The notes beneath the pieces are model-generated. The model had not been told where the DNA came from. It ran no database searches and was given only the letters and a program-made list of their open reading frames with translations. A program made the position numbers and the translations under genes. DNA of 27,284 nucleotides from Octopus sinensis (taxonomy: Eukaryota): assembly GCF_006345805.1 (NCBI RefSeq), contig NW_021832887.1, positions 1 to 27,284 on the forward strand. The letters are read 5' to 3'. Within the stretch, counting starts at the first letter, position 1. Each line of letters opens with the position of its first letter. Below are positions 1 through 11,432 of this stretch, in pieces.

Positions 1-107
1 CACTTACAAAGCATTGGTTGGTCTTAGGCTATAGTAGAAAACACTAGCCCTAAGTGCCACACACTGGGATTGAACCGATAACCATTCCTTTGGAAAGCAA
101 TCTTCTT
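1..107 (-). mobile_element. SINE family A, 5' part, cut by the window edge
   Basis: Reverse complement of the family A head seen at 10985 and 21916. Confidence 0.65.
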
Positions 108-256
108 TGTGCTTTCTCTTTTTCAGTCATTGGTCTGTGTCCATACTGGAGCATAACTGAACTTTTTAATTTACCAAATTTGAAGATTAGTTCTACATCA
201 AAATCTTTAATTTCAATTAATTAAAAAAAAAGAGATCATATAAGTCTCCAAATAGT

Positions 257-730
257 AAACCGCATGGTTCCAGGTTCAGTCCCACTGAATGGTACTTTGG
301 GCAAGTGTCTTCTATCATAGCCCTAGGCAGACCAAAGACATGTCTGTGAATTTGGCTGAATGAAACTGAAAGAAGCCTAGCATGTGTGGGATGTGTGTGT
401 GTATGTGTATGTGTGTGTGTGTGTGTGTGTGTGGTGTCTGTGTATGATTGTCTGTGTGTGTGTGTTTGTGTTTGTATGTGTATGTGTGTGTGTGCATGTC
501 TGTGTGTTTGTGCACATGTGCATACATGTGTGTGTTTGTATTTGTCCACCACCAAGTTTTGGATTGTTTCTGTTCCTGTAACTTAGCAGTCTGGCAAAAA
601 GAGATCAATAGAATAAGTACCAGACTTTAAAAAAAATAAGCACTTGCATCAATTTGCTCAGTTAAACCATTCAAGGCAGTGCCCCAGCATGGCCACATTC
701 CAATGACTGAAGCAAGTAAAATATAAAAGA
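257..730 (+). mobile_element. tRNA-derived SINE family A with internal (TG)n
   Basis: ggttcagtcccact B-box-like head, gaaactgaaagaagc core, 3' gcatggcc...caatgactgaa. Confidence 0.85.
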
Positions 731-747
731 TGAAAGACAAATACACA

Positions 748-1205
748 ACCACATGGTTCCGGGTTCAGTCCCACTGCATGGCACCTTGGGCAAGTGTCGA
801 CCAAAGCGTTGTGAGTGGAATTAGTAGACGGAAACTGAAAGAAGCTCCTCATGTGTGTGTGTGTGTTTGTGTGTGTGTGTATGTGTGTGTGTGTGTGTGC
901 GTGCACTTGTGCATGTTTGTGTGTGTGTGTTTGTGTGTTGCATGTATGTGTGCATGTTTGGTGTGTGTGTATGTGTGTGTGTGTCTTTGTCTGTGTTTGT
1001 TCCCCAATCACTGCTTGACAACCGGTGTTAGTGAGTTTACGTCACCGTAACTTAACGGTTCAGCAAAAGACACTGACAGAATGAGTTCCTGGCTGAAAAG
1101 AAATAAGTCCTCGAATCGATTTGTTCGACTAAAAAACTCTTTGAAGGCAGTGCTCCGGCATGGCCGCAGTCAAATGCCTGAAACAAATAAAAGATTAAAA
1201 GAATG
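748..1205 (+). mobile_element. SINE family A, adjacent copy
   Basis: Same motifs as 257-730. Confidence 0.85.
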
Positions 1206-1685
1206 AAAGAACAAATCCAGAGCAAATTTAAGATATTATTCATATGCTTTGGCAATTAAGAACCTGAACACTGAATTCGAAGAATGAGATCATTATTCCT
1301 AAGGGACACAATTGGCAAAGATTCAATTTTATTATAAGAACTTAATTATTATAAATTGTAAAAATTTGGCTTCTGCAAATAAGGTTGGAGTTGAAATTTG
1401 CTTGATAGAGATAATTGGTTTATCGTTCTTAAAAGCAATAATATTTTCATTTTGGCAGTTGGATCTAATTAATTTGGCAATAATCTTAGCTCTTCTATGG
1501 ATGAGCAGAGAATGAATGACTACCAAGATGAAAGTCAAGATATTATGTGCTCTGTAACTGAGGAAATTTTGCTATTATTTGATATATTTATTATAGAAGA
1601 AACAGAAATAATTGTTTCATTCTTTAGAAAATTGCAACTGAAATTCATCTAATTTAGTGACGCCCAATGATAAATTAATGATAGG

Positions 1686-1830
1686 CATTGGTGTGGCTGT
1701 GTGGTAAGAAATTTGCATCCCAACCACGTGGTTCCGGGTTCAGTACCATAGCAAGTGTTTTCTGTTATAGCCTCAAGCCAACCAAAGCCTTATCAGTTGA
1801 TTTGGTTGACAGAAACTGAAAGAAGATGAG
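1686..1830 (+). mobile_element. SINE family A 5' part, interrupted by a family B insertion
   Basis: gtggctgtgtggtaag head; resumes as aactgaaagaagac at 2272. Confidence 0.75.
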
Positions 1831-1854
1831 CTGAAAGGAGACAGAAACTGAAAG

Positions 1855-2270
1855 GCGGCAAGTTGGCAGAATCATTAGCACGCCAAGTGAAATTCTTAGT
1901 GGTATTTCATCTGCCGCTACGTTCTGAGTTCAAATTCCACCGAGGTCGACTTAGCCTTTCATCCTTTCAGTGTCAATTAAATAAGTACCAGTTACACACT
2001 GGGATTGATGTAATTGACTTAATCCCTTTGTCTGTCCTTGTTTGTCCCCTCTGTGTTTAGCCACTTGTGGGGAGTAAGAAATAGGTATTTCATCTGCCGC
2101 TATGTTCTGAGTTCAAATTCTATCGAGGTCGACTTTGCCTTTCATCCTTTCGGGGTCGATTAAATAAGTACCAGTTACGCACTGGGGTTGAGTGTAATCG
2201 AATTAATCCCTTTGTCTGTCCTTGTTTGTCCCCTCTATCTTTAGCTTCTTGTGGGCAATAAAGAAATAAG
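1855..2270 (+). mobile_element. tRNA-derived SINE family B, tandem dimer
   Basis: ggcggc..gctggcaga head, gagttcaaattcc box, body duplicated; AACTGAAAG on both flanks. Confidence 0.85.
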
Positions 2271-2310
2271 TAACTGAAAGAAGACTATTGTATAAATACA
2301 TACATATATA

Positions 2311-2348
<38 letters not shown>

Positions 2349-2368
2349 TATATTATATATGAGTGTGT

Positions 2369-2545
2369 ATATATATAACGGGAAGGTTTATGAAAATAAA
2401 CAAAAGACGAAGGCAGGTGGAGTACAAACAAGCAAATGTATTAGTGTGGCGCTCAGGAATAAAAATAGAAAAAGGTCTTTTACATTTCGAGCCTACGCTC
2501 TTCGACAGAAAGATACACAGAAAAGAAACAAGGACAGAAAAAAAT
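2369..2545 (-). mobile_element. Short hammerhead-bearing repeat, copy 1 (Penelope pLTR-like)
   Basis: Homologous to 5290-5430 and 12277-12432; adjoins a (TA)n tract. Confidence 0.6.
2477..2512 (-). ncRNA. Minimal type I hammerhead-like fold, variant core CUGUCGA
   Basis: Minus strand CUUU-CUGUCGA-A-GAGC-GUAG-GCUC-GAAA-UG-UA-AAAG; stems I and II pair; lies in a repeat seen three times. Confidence 0.6.
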
Positions 2546-2607
2546 GCATGTAGGAGCTAACGATCTATGATGGCGTCCTGATCATATATATATACATATA
2601 TATATAA

Positions 2608-2783
2608 CCTCCATTGCTTCACAACTGTTGTTGGTGTGCTTATATCCCTGTAACTCAGCAGTTCAGCAAAAGAGACTAATAGAATAAGTAACAGGTTTAA
2701 GAAAATCAATTTATTCGACTAAAAATTCTTCAAGACGCCCCCCCCCCAATAATCTAATAACTGAAACAAGTAAAATATAAAAG
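2608..2783 (+). mobile_element. SINE family A, 3' half
   Basis: gtaactcagcagttcagcaaaagagactaatagaataag. Confidence 0.7.
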
Positions 2784-2896
2784 ATATCCTATAATCTATT
2801 ATAAATTAACAACATATTTTCTATCACTAATCAAACTATTCTGTAGCCTATTATAACAGGATATAGGTTGTTAGTCTTTCAGACATAGACCATTAA

Positions 2897-3516
2897 CCCT
2901 TTAGTCGCTGACCCAGCTGAAACCAGCTCTGGCTCTGTAATACAAATGTCTTGTTTTCATAAGTTTTGAATAAAGATCTTCCATCAAACCTTAGTCACAA
3001 CTTATGTTCCTAACACTAACTTAATGATAACTAAGTTGTTTTACTAAATTTTTTGATATATCTTTATATATAAAAGTGAAGTTGTGTGTCTGTCTCCTAC
3101 GATTTAGATTCCTAACTACTCCCACATTTTGCGGTGCAGTGTAACCAAAAGCGGGTATCTTATAGTCGTGATTCATATCGAGCCCTTCTGGGTATTAGCG
3201 CACATCTACAATAAGTCTACGATTTTAAAAAAAAATTACCATCATTTTTTCCATTTTAATGCATTTTTTTCGCTATTATATAAGGGAAGTAACTCTCTAA
3301 AAATGTCTACGATGAGTCAACGATTTTTAAAAAAATTTACCATAATTTTTTTTCCATTTTTAATGCATTTTTTTTGCTATTTTTTGGCTATAACTCTCTA
3401 AAAATGCTTATATAGTTATTTCCCTTACAAACCCGAGCAACGCCGGGCGATACTGCTAGTATTATATAAGTGAAAGAAACACAGAGCATCTCAAAATAAA
3501 TATGGTAATGAAAGGG
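2897..3516. mobile_element. piggyBac-type MITE interrupted by a Helitron-type element
   Basis: TTAA|CCCTTT at 2893-2902 and AAAGGG|TTAA at 3511-3520. Confidence 0.65.
3061..3459 (+). mobile_element. Non-autonomous Helitron-type element
   Basis: 5' TC after A; 3' hairpin CCCG-agcaacgc-CGGG then CTAG before T; no TSD; second copy at 9180. Confidence 0.75.
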
Positions 3517-3608
3517 TTAATCTATAAAACGATACAGACTGTTAATTAATAACCACTTTGTTCATTATTTACATTTGACAGAAATTTGTTCTCATCTTGT
3601 TTGTTGTT

Positions 3609-3654
3609 AACACAGCGTTTCGGCTGATGTACCCTCCAGCCTTCATCAGGTGTC
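3609..3654 (-). ncRNA. Penelope-type minimal hammerhead with a cleavage-triplet substitution
   Basis: Minus strand GACAC-CUGAUGA-A-GGCUG-(10 nt)-CAGCC-GAAA-C-GCU-GUGUU; GACAC/GUGUU stem I; GCU where GUH is needed. Confidence 0.65.
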
Positions 3655-3704
3655 TTGGGGAAATTTCGAACCTGGGTTCTCATTCCTAAGGTATTTTTCA
3701 ATGT

Positions 3705-3707
3705 TGT

Positions 3708-3738
<31 letters not shown>

Positions 3739-3774
3739 TTATCATTATCATTATCATTATCGTTATCGTTATTC

Positions 3775-3852
<78 letters not shown>

Positions 3853-3862
3853 TATTATTATT
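3705..3862. repeat. (TAT)n microsatellite
   Basis: Directly visible. Confidence 0.95.
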
Positions 3863-4169
3863 CAAGTCACTGCTTGAAATTGAACTCGGAATCTTGAGGT
3901 TAGTAGGCTAGAGGGTATATCAGCCGAAACAAACAAGATGAGGACAAATATCCATCAAATGTAAATAATGTAAATAATGTGCATAATTCCTCATCTCTTA
4001 AATATACAACTGAACCACTTTGTAGCCTATTATATGTCAAGTCTATGTCTTATCATGAATTAACTGCCTATATTCTATTATAAACAAACTAATTATAACC
4101 TATTATAGATTAAGAGTTTGTATTTCATTATAGATTATCAGTTTATATCCTGTTATTAGCTAATAATCT

Positions 4170-4350
4170 AGGTGTGGCTGAAGGGTAAGAAATTTACTTC
4201 CCAGCCACATGGTTCTGTGTTCCGTCCTACTGTATGGCACCTTGAGCTAGTGTCTTCTACTATAACACCTGGGCCAACGAAAGCCATGTAAGTGGGTTTA
4301 GTCGACAGAAACTGAAAGAAGCTTTGCGTGTGTGTGTATGTTTGTATGTG
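4170..4350 (+). mobile_element. SINE family A, 5' half
   Basis: Head and core motifs followed by (TG)/(TA)n. Confidence 0.75.
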
Positions 4351-4386
4351 TATATGTGTGTAGTGTATGTGTGTGTGTGTTTGTGC

Positions 4387-4422
<36 letters not shown>

Positions 4423-4425
<3 letters not shown>

Positions 4426-4808
4426 CGATGTGCCACATGGTTAGGCAAGGTAGGTAGTGCCTACCTTCAATAAAATGGATTGATAATATCATTTTCCTCT
4501 CATGGCATAATATGCACCTAATTCTATTACTCTGATTACTATGCATAAAATGCAAAATATTTTATTTTTTGTACAATAGGTAGGCATAATTCGTCCCTGC
4601 TTTTCAATCTCAGTATTTAAGCTACGCATAGTAATGCTGTAGTATACATGCTGCATGCACTCCTACAACGTTTTCTTTATGTGCTATAAAGGCAGAAATA
4701 AATCTGCCTTCAACACAGTCGCATGCCTGTTTCACTTATTTTTGTGTGTTTTACTACATAAAGGTCACCAACTGCCTACCCTGAGTAATTAATGATGACA
4801 CATGCCTG
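4423..4808. mobile_element. Possible old hAT-like MITE
   Basis: Imperfect terminal inverted similarity (cagcgatgtgcca...ggtagg vs cctacc...tgacacatgcctg); no TSD found. Confidence 0.35.
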
Positions 4809-4834
4809 TGAATATTCTTTTTTTTTCTTCTTTA

Positions 4835-5054
4835 CTTGTTTCCGTATTTGACTGTGCCATGCTGGAGGACCGCCTTTAGTCGAGCAAATCGACCCCAGAA
4901 CTTATTCTTTGTAAACCTAGTACTTATTCTATTGGTCTCTTTTGCCGAAACGCTAAGTTACGGGGACATGAAACACACCAGCATCAGTTGTCAAGCTATT
5001 TGGGGGGGGACAAACAGACTCACAAACACACACACACACATATATTTATATATA

Positions 5055-5148
<94 letters not shown>

Positions 5149-5240
5149 CAAGACAGGCTTCCTTCAGTTTCCGTCTACCAAATCCAACTCACTGAACCTG
5201 GATCCATATGGTTGTAAGCAAACTACTTACCACACAGCCA
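4835..5240 (-). mobile_element. SINE family A, antisense copy
   Basis: Reverse complement of the 10985 and 21916 copies. Confidence 0.85.
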
Positions 5241-5289
5241 TAGTATATATTATATTATATATATATGTATTTACAGGTTAAACCCAAAA

Positions 5290-5430
5290 CATTTTTTTTT
5301 CCTCTCATCCCTTTCTGTCAAAGAGCATAGGCTTGAAATGTCAAAGACTTTTCCATTCTTCCAAAGCGTCAAACTAATAAATCTCCTTGTTGTTTCTTCA
5401 CCTGTCTTCGTCTTTTGTTTTCTGTACATT
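5290..5430 (+). mobile_element. Short hammerhead-bearing repeat, copy 2
   Basis: Reverse complement of the 2369 and 12277 copies (cacctgtcttcgtcttttgtt). Confidence 0.6.
5311..5346 (+). ncRNA. Degenerate hammerhead-like fold (CUGUCAA core)
   Basis: CUUU-CUGUCAA-A-GAGC-AUAG-GCUU-GAAA-UG-UC-AAAG; same family as 2477 and 12368. Confidence 0.5.
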
Positions 5431-5671
5431 TGAGACATATATAAGTGTGTGTGTGTGTGCATCTGTGTCTATGTGTGCGTTTGAGGCATATATAAGTGTG
5501 TGTGTTGTTATATTGCTTTTGTTATTCTTCTTGTTCTTACTTCTGCCTTCATCTTTATTTGGCAGATTATTTCGAAGATTACTCAAGATTAAGAAGAAAA
5601 ACCAAGTGCTGCTGTATAAGAGAATATTCACTTATCTCTGTCGTCTTCCAACAACAGCAACAATTGAAATT

Positions 5672-5704
<33 letters not shown>

Positions 5705-5790
5705 AATCAGAATACATATATTAAGTGTAAATTTCGGTACCTTCAAGAATTCGCAATTGGTATACATCTGTTTCGGTTTTCCTAGCAGAC

Positions 5791-5826
5791 ATGCCTGTAG
5801 CCCAAACTCCTCTTCAAATTGCACAG
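5791..5826 (+). CDS. ANKEF1: ANKEF1-like coding exon 1 (MPVAQTPLQIAQ)
   Basis: ATG at 5791 just after a TAGCAG acceptor; strong donor CAG|GTAAGC at 5827; phase 0 joins exon 2 (VCKLIQ); resembles the ANKEF1 N-terminus as recalled (MALADKRLENLQIYKVLQ). Confidence 0.75.
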
Positions 5827-5867
5827 GTAAGCGTTTGGTTTTTGTCTTTCATTAAATTTCTCATTAA

Positions 5868-6283
5868 TATCATCATCATCATCATCATCATCATAAACGC
5901 TGTCTTGACCCTAATCATTATTATCAGCGTCACCATCATTGCATTACCATCGTTATCGGCATCGTATTTATTGACTCCATAATCACTTTCATTATCATCA
6001 TCATCATCATCATCAAAACCATCATCATCATCATCATCATCTTCGTCATCATATCAACCACCCCTGCAACAATCACTATCATCACCAACACCATCATCAC
6101 TATCACAACCACCACTACCACCACCACCACCACCACCACTACCACTGACATCATCAGCATGATCATCATCATAATTAACATCAATACCATCACCAATTCC
6201 ACCATCACCACCATCATCATCACCACCATTGTCTTTTTTTTGAATGGTATTATTTATTGTTATCATCATCATCATCATTACCG

Positions 6284-6316
<33 letters not shown>

Positions 6317-6322
6317 CCGTCG

Positions 6323-6361
<39 letters not shown>

Positions 6362-6497
6362 CCGTCATCATCATCATCATCCTCATCATCATAGGCAGCA
6401 GCATTGTGATCCTAATCATCATTATCAACATTACCATTATTATCATCATCATCACTGTCAGCATCATAACCATCTCCACCAGCATATATATATATAT

Positions 6498-6531
<34 letters not shown>

Positions 6532-6540
6532 CCATCATCG
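5868..6540. repeat. Compound (CAT/CAC)n triplet array
   Basis: Directly visible. Confidence 0.95.
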
Positions 6541-6700
6541 TTTAACGTCCGCCTTGCATGCAGGTATGGGTCGGACTATATATATAGAGAGAGAGATAAT
6601 TAATAATATCAGGGTAATAAAGATTTTAGAAATTTTTTCTACCATTCGCCTAGCGTATAGAAAAATTAGTCAATAGATTATATATTATTCATATAAAATA

Positions 6701-6833
6701 CAGTGTACATTTAAACACATTTCCATCTTAGGAATCCCTTATGCTAGAAAGACCAGCTAAAGGTCTTTAGCTGTTCTTTCTAGCGTAAGGGATTCCTATG
6801 ATGGAAACCTCTTAATGTGTTTAATGTACACTG
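6701..6833. mobile_element. Tc1/mariner-type fold-back MITE
   Basis: TA|CAGTGTACATT...AATGTACACTG|TA; near-palindromic throughout. Confidence 0.7.
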
Positions 6834-6836
6834 TAT

Positions 6837-6868
<32 letters not shown>

Positions 6869-7693
6869 GATAGAGGAGAGAGAGATAGATTATATATATA
6901 ATATATATATATATATCTATATATATATATATATATATATATATAGATATAGATATATATAATAATATATATAGAGAGAGAGAGATAAGATAGATAGATA
7001 GATAGATAGATAGAGCATATACATACTGGCATAGAATATATATATATTGTGTGTGTGTGTGTGTGTGTGTGTATTCGTTTGTATGTTCCTTTCTCTTCAC
7101 AACCGTCACCGCCAACGTCACCATCACCCGTTATCTGTCTTCCTTTCCCTTGTGATGTAGAGAGAGGTTAAGGAAGACATGATTATATATCCACAGACGT
7201 AACACAACCTCACTGCTTGGCCTTTCCACCACCACCACCACCCACCCCACCCGCTTTCTTTCTCCCGTTTCGCTTTTCACTTCATATTTCGATTTAGAAA
7301 GGCGATCAGATGAAATCACTCCCGATATTTTCATTTCATCTCACAAAGCCATAAGACCAAAACTCTCATCCGAAACAATTTACATTGCAACAAAAGCTCT
7401 GCGAACGGCGAATTTATTAGAACGTATTAAGTGTTCCATTAAGCTTTGTGCTTCCCTTGTTTTTGCGTCTTTTAAACGAATGTCGTCAATTGTGAGGAAT
7501 ATTGCAGATGTCAGCTCCAATGATTTCGACGATAACAGTTAATAATTAAAATATTGCACTCGTTTTGGGGTTAACCCTGGATGAGTGTGTGTGTGTGTGT
7601 GGTGTGTATAAAAGTAATCAGAAATTAAGCTCTCATTATCTGTATATCATTCGTTCAGTCTACATATCTATCTATCCATCTGTCTAGACATAT

Positions 7694-7758
<65 letters not shown>

Positions 7759-7827
7759 TACGTACGCAAATGTAGGCATGCATACATCCGATTATCTGTT
7801 ACCTACCCATCTTTCTATTCCGTGTAT

Positions 7828-7862
<35 letters not shown>

Positions 7863-7974
7863 ATTTATATATATATAATATATATATATAATATATATAT
7901 ATATAGAAATTCAGGGTGAGTACTTGATAATTGTAAGCACCTGTATATACCGTTTGGTGATTTTATTTTGATTA

Positions 7975-8018
<44 letters not shown>

Positions 8019-8279
8019 CCAACCTATGCCAGCATGCAAGATGGATGGAAAATTAATATTACATGTGTATGTATGTATGTGTGTGTGTATGTATGTATGT
8101 GTGTGCGTACGTGTGTATGCGTGTGTGTATATATGTATGTATATAGATGGGGGAGGTTATGTAGGTGTATGTATGTGCGTATGTATATTTGCATATGTTT
8201 CTGTGTGTGAGTGTACGTACACACATACGTATATATATATGTATACATATATGCACACATACATATATATCCATGTATG

Positions 8280-8330
<51 letters not shown>

Positions 8331-8620
8331 AACAAACACACATATATATAGGTATACACGCAAACATGCATACATATACGTGCATATATATATATACATG
8401 TACGTGCACACCTACGCACACACTTGTCTATGTACACACATACATACATTATATTTGTTACATACATATATATAGTTATGGGAGGCTTTGGCAATGCAGT
8501 TGAAACATTAAAAAGCAACAATAGCAAGGATATTGCGTTGTTACGTTAGAAATATTCAATTAGTTTTAATATTCTGCGTAATATATTCCATTAGGAAAGT
8601 GTTGAAAGAGCAATAAATAA

Positions 8621-8870
<250 letters not shown>

Positions 8871-9179
8871 AAAGAGAGAGAAACCCTGTTTTCTGAATAT
8901 AATTTATAAAACTGATATCACCATTAAATATCTTGTATAATAATAGTGAGCGCATATCCAACATATCCTTTGACGAGGAATTCTTTAACCATACTGCTTA
9001 TCTCTATGAGGCTTTAAAGACAATGGCCTCAAAAAGAATGCATTATATGCTGTTGCTGCTATTACGGCTACTATTGCCATTGCTGGGGAGTGAATGGAAC
9101 TTGGTACCATGTACTATGGGTTAGTCCACATTATTCCGTAAGGAGCATAAGGCTGCTTTCTCGGTCTCTCTGGCGTATA

Positions 9180-9593
9180 TCTTTATATATAAAACTGAAG
9201 TTGTGCGAGAGTCTGTCTACTCCGATTTAGATTCCTAACTACTCCCACATTTTGCGGTGCAGTATAACCAGAAGCGGGTATCTTATAGTCGTGATTCATA
9301 TCGAGCCCTTCTGGGTATTAGCGCGCGTCTACAATGAGTCTACAATTTTAAAAAAAAATTACCATCATTTTTCCCAATTTTAATGCATTTTTTTGCTATT
9401 ATATAAGGGAAGTAACTCTCTAAAAATGCTTAGCGCGCGTCTACGATGATTCTACGATTAAAAAAAAAATTTACCATCTTTTTTCCCATTTTTAATGCAT
9501 TTTTTGGCTATTATATAAGGGAAGTAACTCTCTAAAAATGCTTATATAGTTATTTCCCTTACAAACCCGAGCAACACCGGGCAATACTGCTAG
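9180..9593 (+). mobile_element. Non-autonomous Helitron-type element, second copy
   Basis: A|TC start, CTAG|T end, subterminal hairpin; highly similar to 3061-3459; internal tandem duplication. Confidence 0.75.
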
Positions 9594-9619
9594 TATATAT
9601 ATATATATTCCTCCCTGGA

Positions 9620-9732
9620 CGGGTAGACTGGAGCAACGTGAAATGATGTTTTGTTCCAGAACACGACGCATCGCTCGGTCCTGGAATCGAAACTACAATC
9701 TTACGATCATTAGTTCAACAGTCTAACCACAC
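9620..9732 (-). mobile_element. Short tRNA-related SINE fragment
   Basis: ggaatcgaaact...ctaaccac is a reverse B-box/A-box head. Confidence 0.6.
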
Positions 9733-9849
9733 ACCGAACTGGCATCTACTTCAGAAGGTATGTTGTGATCTCGGTCACTTGTACGTCATGGAAGCCGGGT
9801 AACCGGCCCAAAGAGTCCTAGGACTTCAAGACAGTAATGATTAGGGTAC

Positions 9850-10432
9850 AGTTGTTGTTGTTGTTGATGATGATGATGATGACGATGACGACGACGACGA
9901 CGACGATGATGACGATAATGCTTGTGATGATTGTGATGATGATCGTGATGATTATGGGGGGCGGGGGCGACGGTTGTTGTAATGGTGGTGACGATAATGA
10001 CGGTGATAATGATGATGACGATGGTGATGACGGTGGTCGTGGTGGTAGTGGTGGACGTGGTGGTGGTTGTGGCGGCGGCGGTTGTAGTCATGGTGGTGAC
10101 GATAATGACCGTGATAATGAGATGACTGTGGTGGTGGTGGTGGAGGTAGTGGTGGTGGTGGTGGTGGAGGTTGTGGTGGTGCTGACGATTATGATGATGA
10201 TGATGACGGCGGTGGCGGCGGTTGTAGTGATGGTGGTGACGATAATGACGGTGATGATGATGAAGATGATGATGACGTTGGTGGTAGTGGTGGTGGTGGT
10301 GGTGGCGGCGGCGGCGGTTGTAGTGATGGTGGTGACGATAATGACGGTGATGATGATGAAGATGATGATGACGTTGGTGGTGGTAATGACGGCGATAATG
10401 ATGACGATGATATTGACGACGACGACGACGAC

Positions 10433-10463
<31 letters not shown>

Positions 10464-10545
10464 GCGGTGGTGGTGATGATGATGATGACGATGACGATGA
10501 CGATGACGACGAGGCTGATGGTGACGGTGATGGTGATGGTGATAC
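9850..10545. repeat. Compound (GAT/GGT/GAC)n array with a 96-nt internal duplication
   Basis: gttgtagtgatggtggtgacgataatgac at 10221 and 10317, variant at 10081. Confidence 0.9.
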
Positions 10546-10579
10546 TACTGTGCTTCTCATTGTGCTTCTTCTTTCGCAG

Positions 10580-10889
10580 GTGTGCAAGCTAATTCAGCTG
10601 GTTTACGAAAAGGACAAAGTCGAAATCCAAAAGCTGATCGGCGAAGGAATCCCTCACCTCATCAACTTCAATGAACCGACTTACGGCCGGACGGCCCTCA
10701 TAGTCGCCACTATGTCCAACAGCGACAACATGCTCGAGTTCCTCCTGGAACTCGGTGCCCACCCCGACGTCGTTGACTTCCAAGGAACATCGGCCGCCAT
10801 GATTGCTGCGGAATACGGCCACGTCCAGTGCCTGGAGAGGCTGGCTAACAACAGAGCTAACATGAGGCTAATTGATGTCCAAGGCAGAG
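10580..10889 (+). CDS. ANKEF1: ANKEF1-like coding exon 2, ankyrin repeats (VCKLIQ...GRTALIVAT...LGAHPDVVD...AAEYGH...DVQGR)
   Basis: Pyrimidine tract plus CAG at 10577-10579; donor G|GTAATT at 10890 (phase 1); ankyrin motifs; LINFNEPTYG and LGAHPDV match ANKEF1 as recalled. Confidence 0.93.
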
Positions 10890-10984
10890 GTAATTAGATT
10901 TTCTTTCTCCCCCTTTTTTTTTTGTTTTTCTTTTGTTTTTTTTTCGTCATTTTTTGATTGATTGATTAAGTGATTGATAGGTGC

Positions 10985-11150
10985 AGGAGTGGAGTGGCTG
11001 TGTGGTAAGTAGCTTGCTCACCAACCACATGGTTCCGGGTTCAGTCCCACTGTGTGGCACCTTGAGCGCAAGTGTCTTCTACTGTAGCCTCGCTCGGGTC
11101 GACCAAAGCCTTGTGAGTGGATTTGGTAGACGGAAACTGAAAGAAGCCCG

Positions 11151-11193
<43 letters not shown>

Positions 11194-11432
11194 GTATATG
11201 TATATATGTGTTGTGTGTATGTTTGTGTGTCTTTGTCCCCCACATCGCTTGACAACCGATGCTGGTGTTTACGTCCCCGCAAATTAGCGGTTCGGCAAAA
11301 GAGACCGATAGAATAAGTACTAGGCTTACAAAGAATAAGTCCTGGGGTCGATTTGCTCGACTAAAAGCGGTGCTCCAGCGTGGCCGCAGTCAAATGACTG
11401 AAACAAGTAAAAAGAGTAAAAAGAGTAAAGAG
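10985..11432 (+). mobile_element. SINE family A, full length
   Basis: A-box and B-box-like head, internal (TA)n, conserved 3' end. Confidence 0.9.

Larger units (their letters stand above)
3562..4012. mobile_element. Retroposon insertion with inverted end and 11-bp target-site duplication
   Basis: AACCACTTTGT at 3551-3561 and 4013-4023; inverted arms 3563-3640 and 3907-3970; internal (TAT)n tract. Confidence 0.65.

Noticed and set aside
8933-9124. 63-aa ORF with a leucine-rich stretch
   Set aside because: Short, TTG start, leucines come from a ctg/cta-like repeat, no recognisable family.
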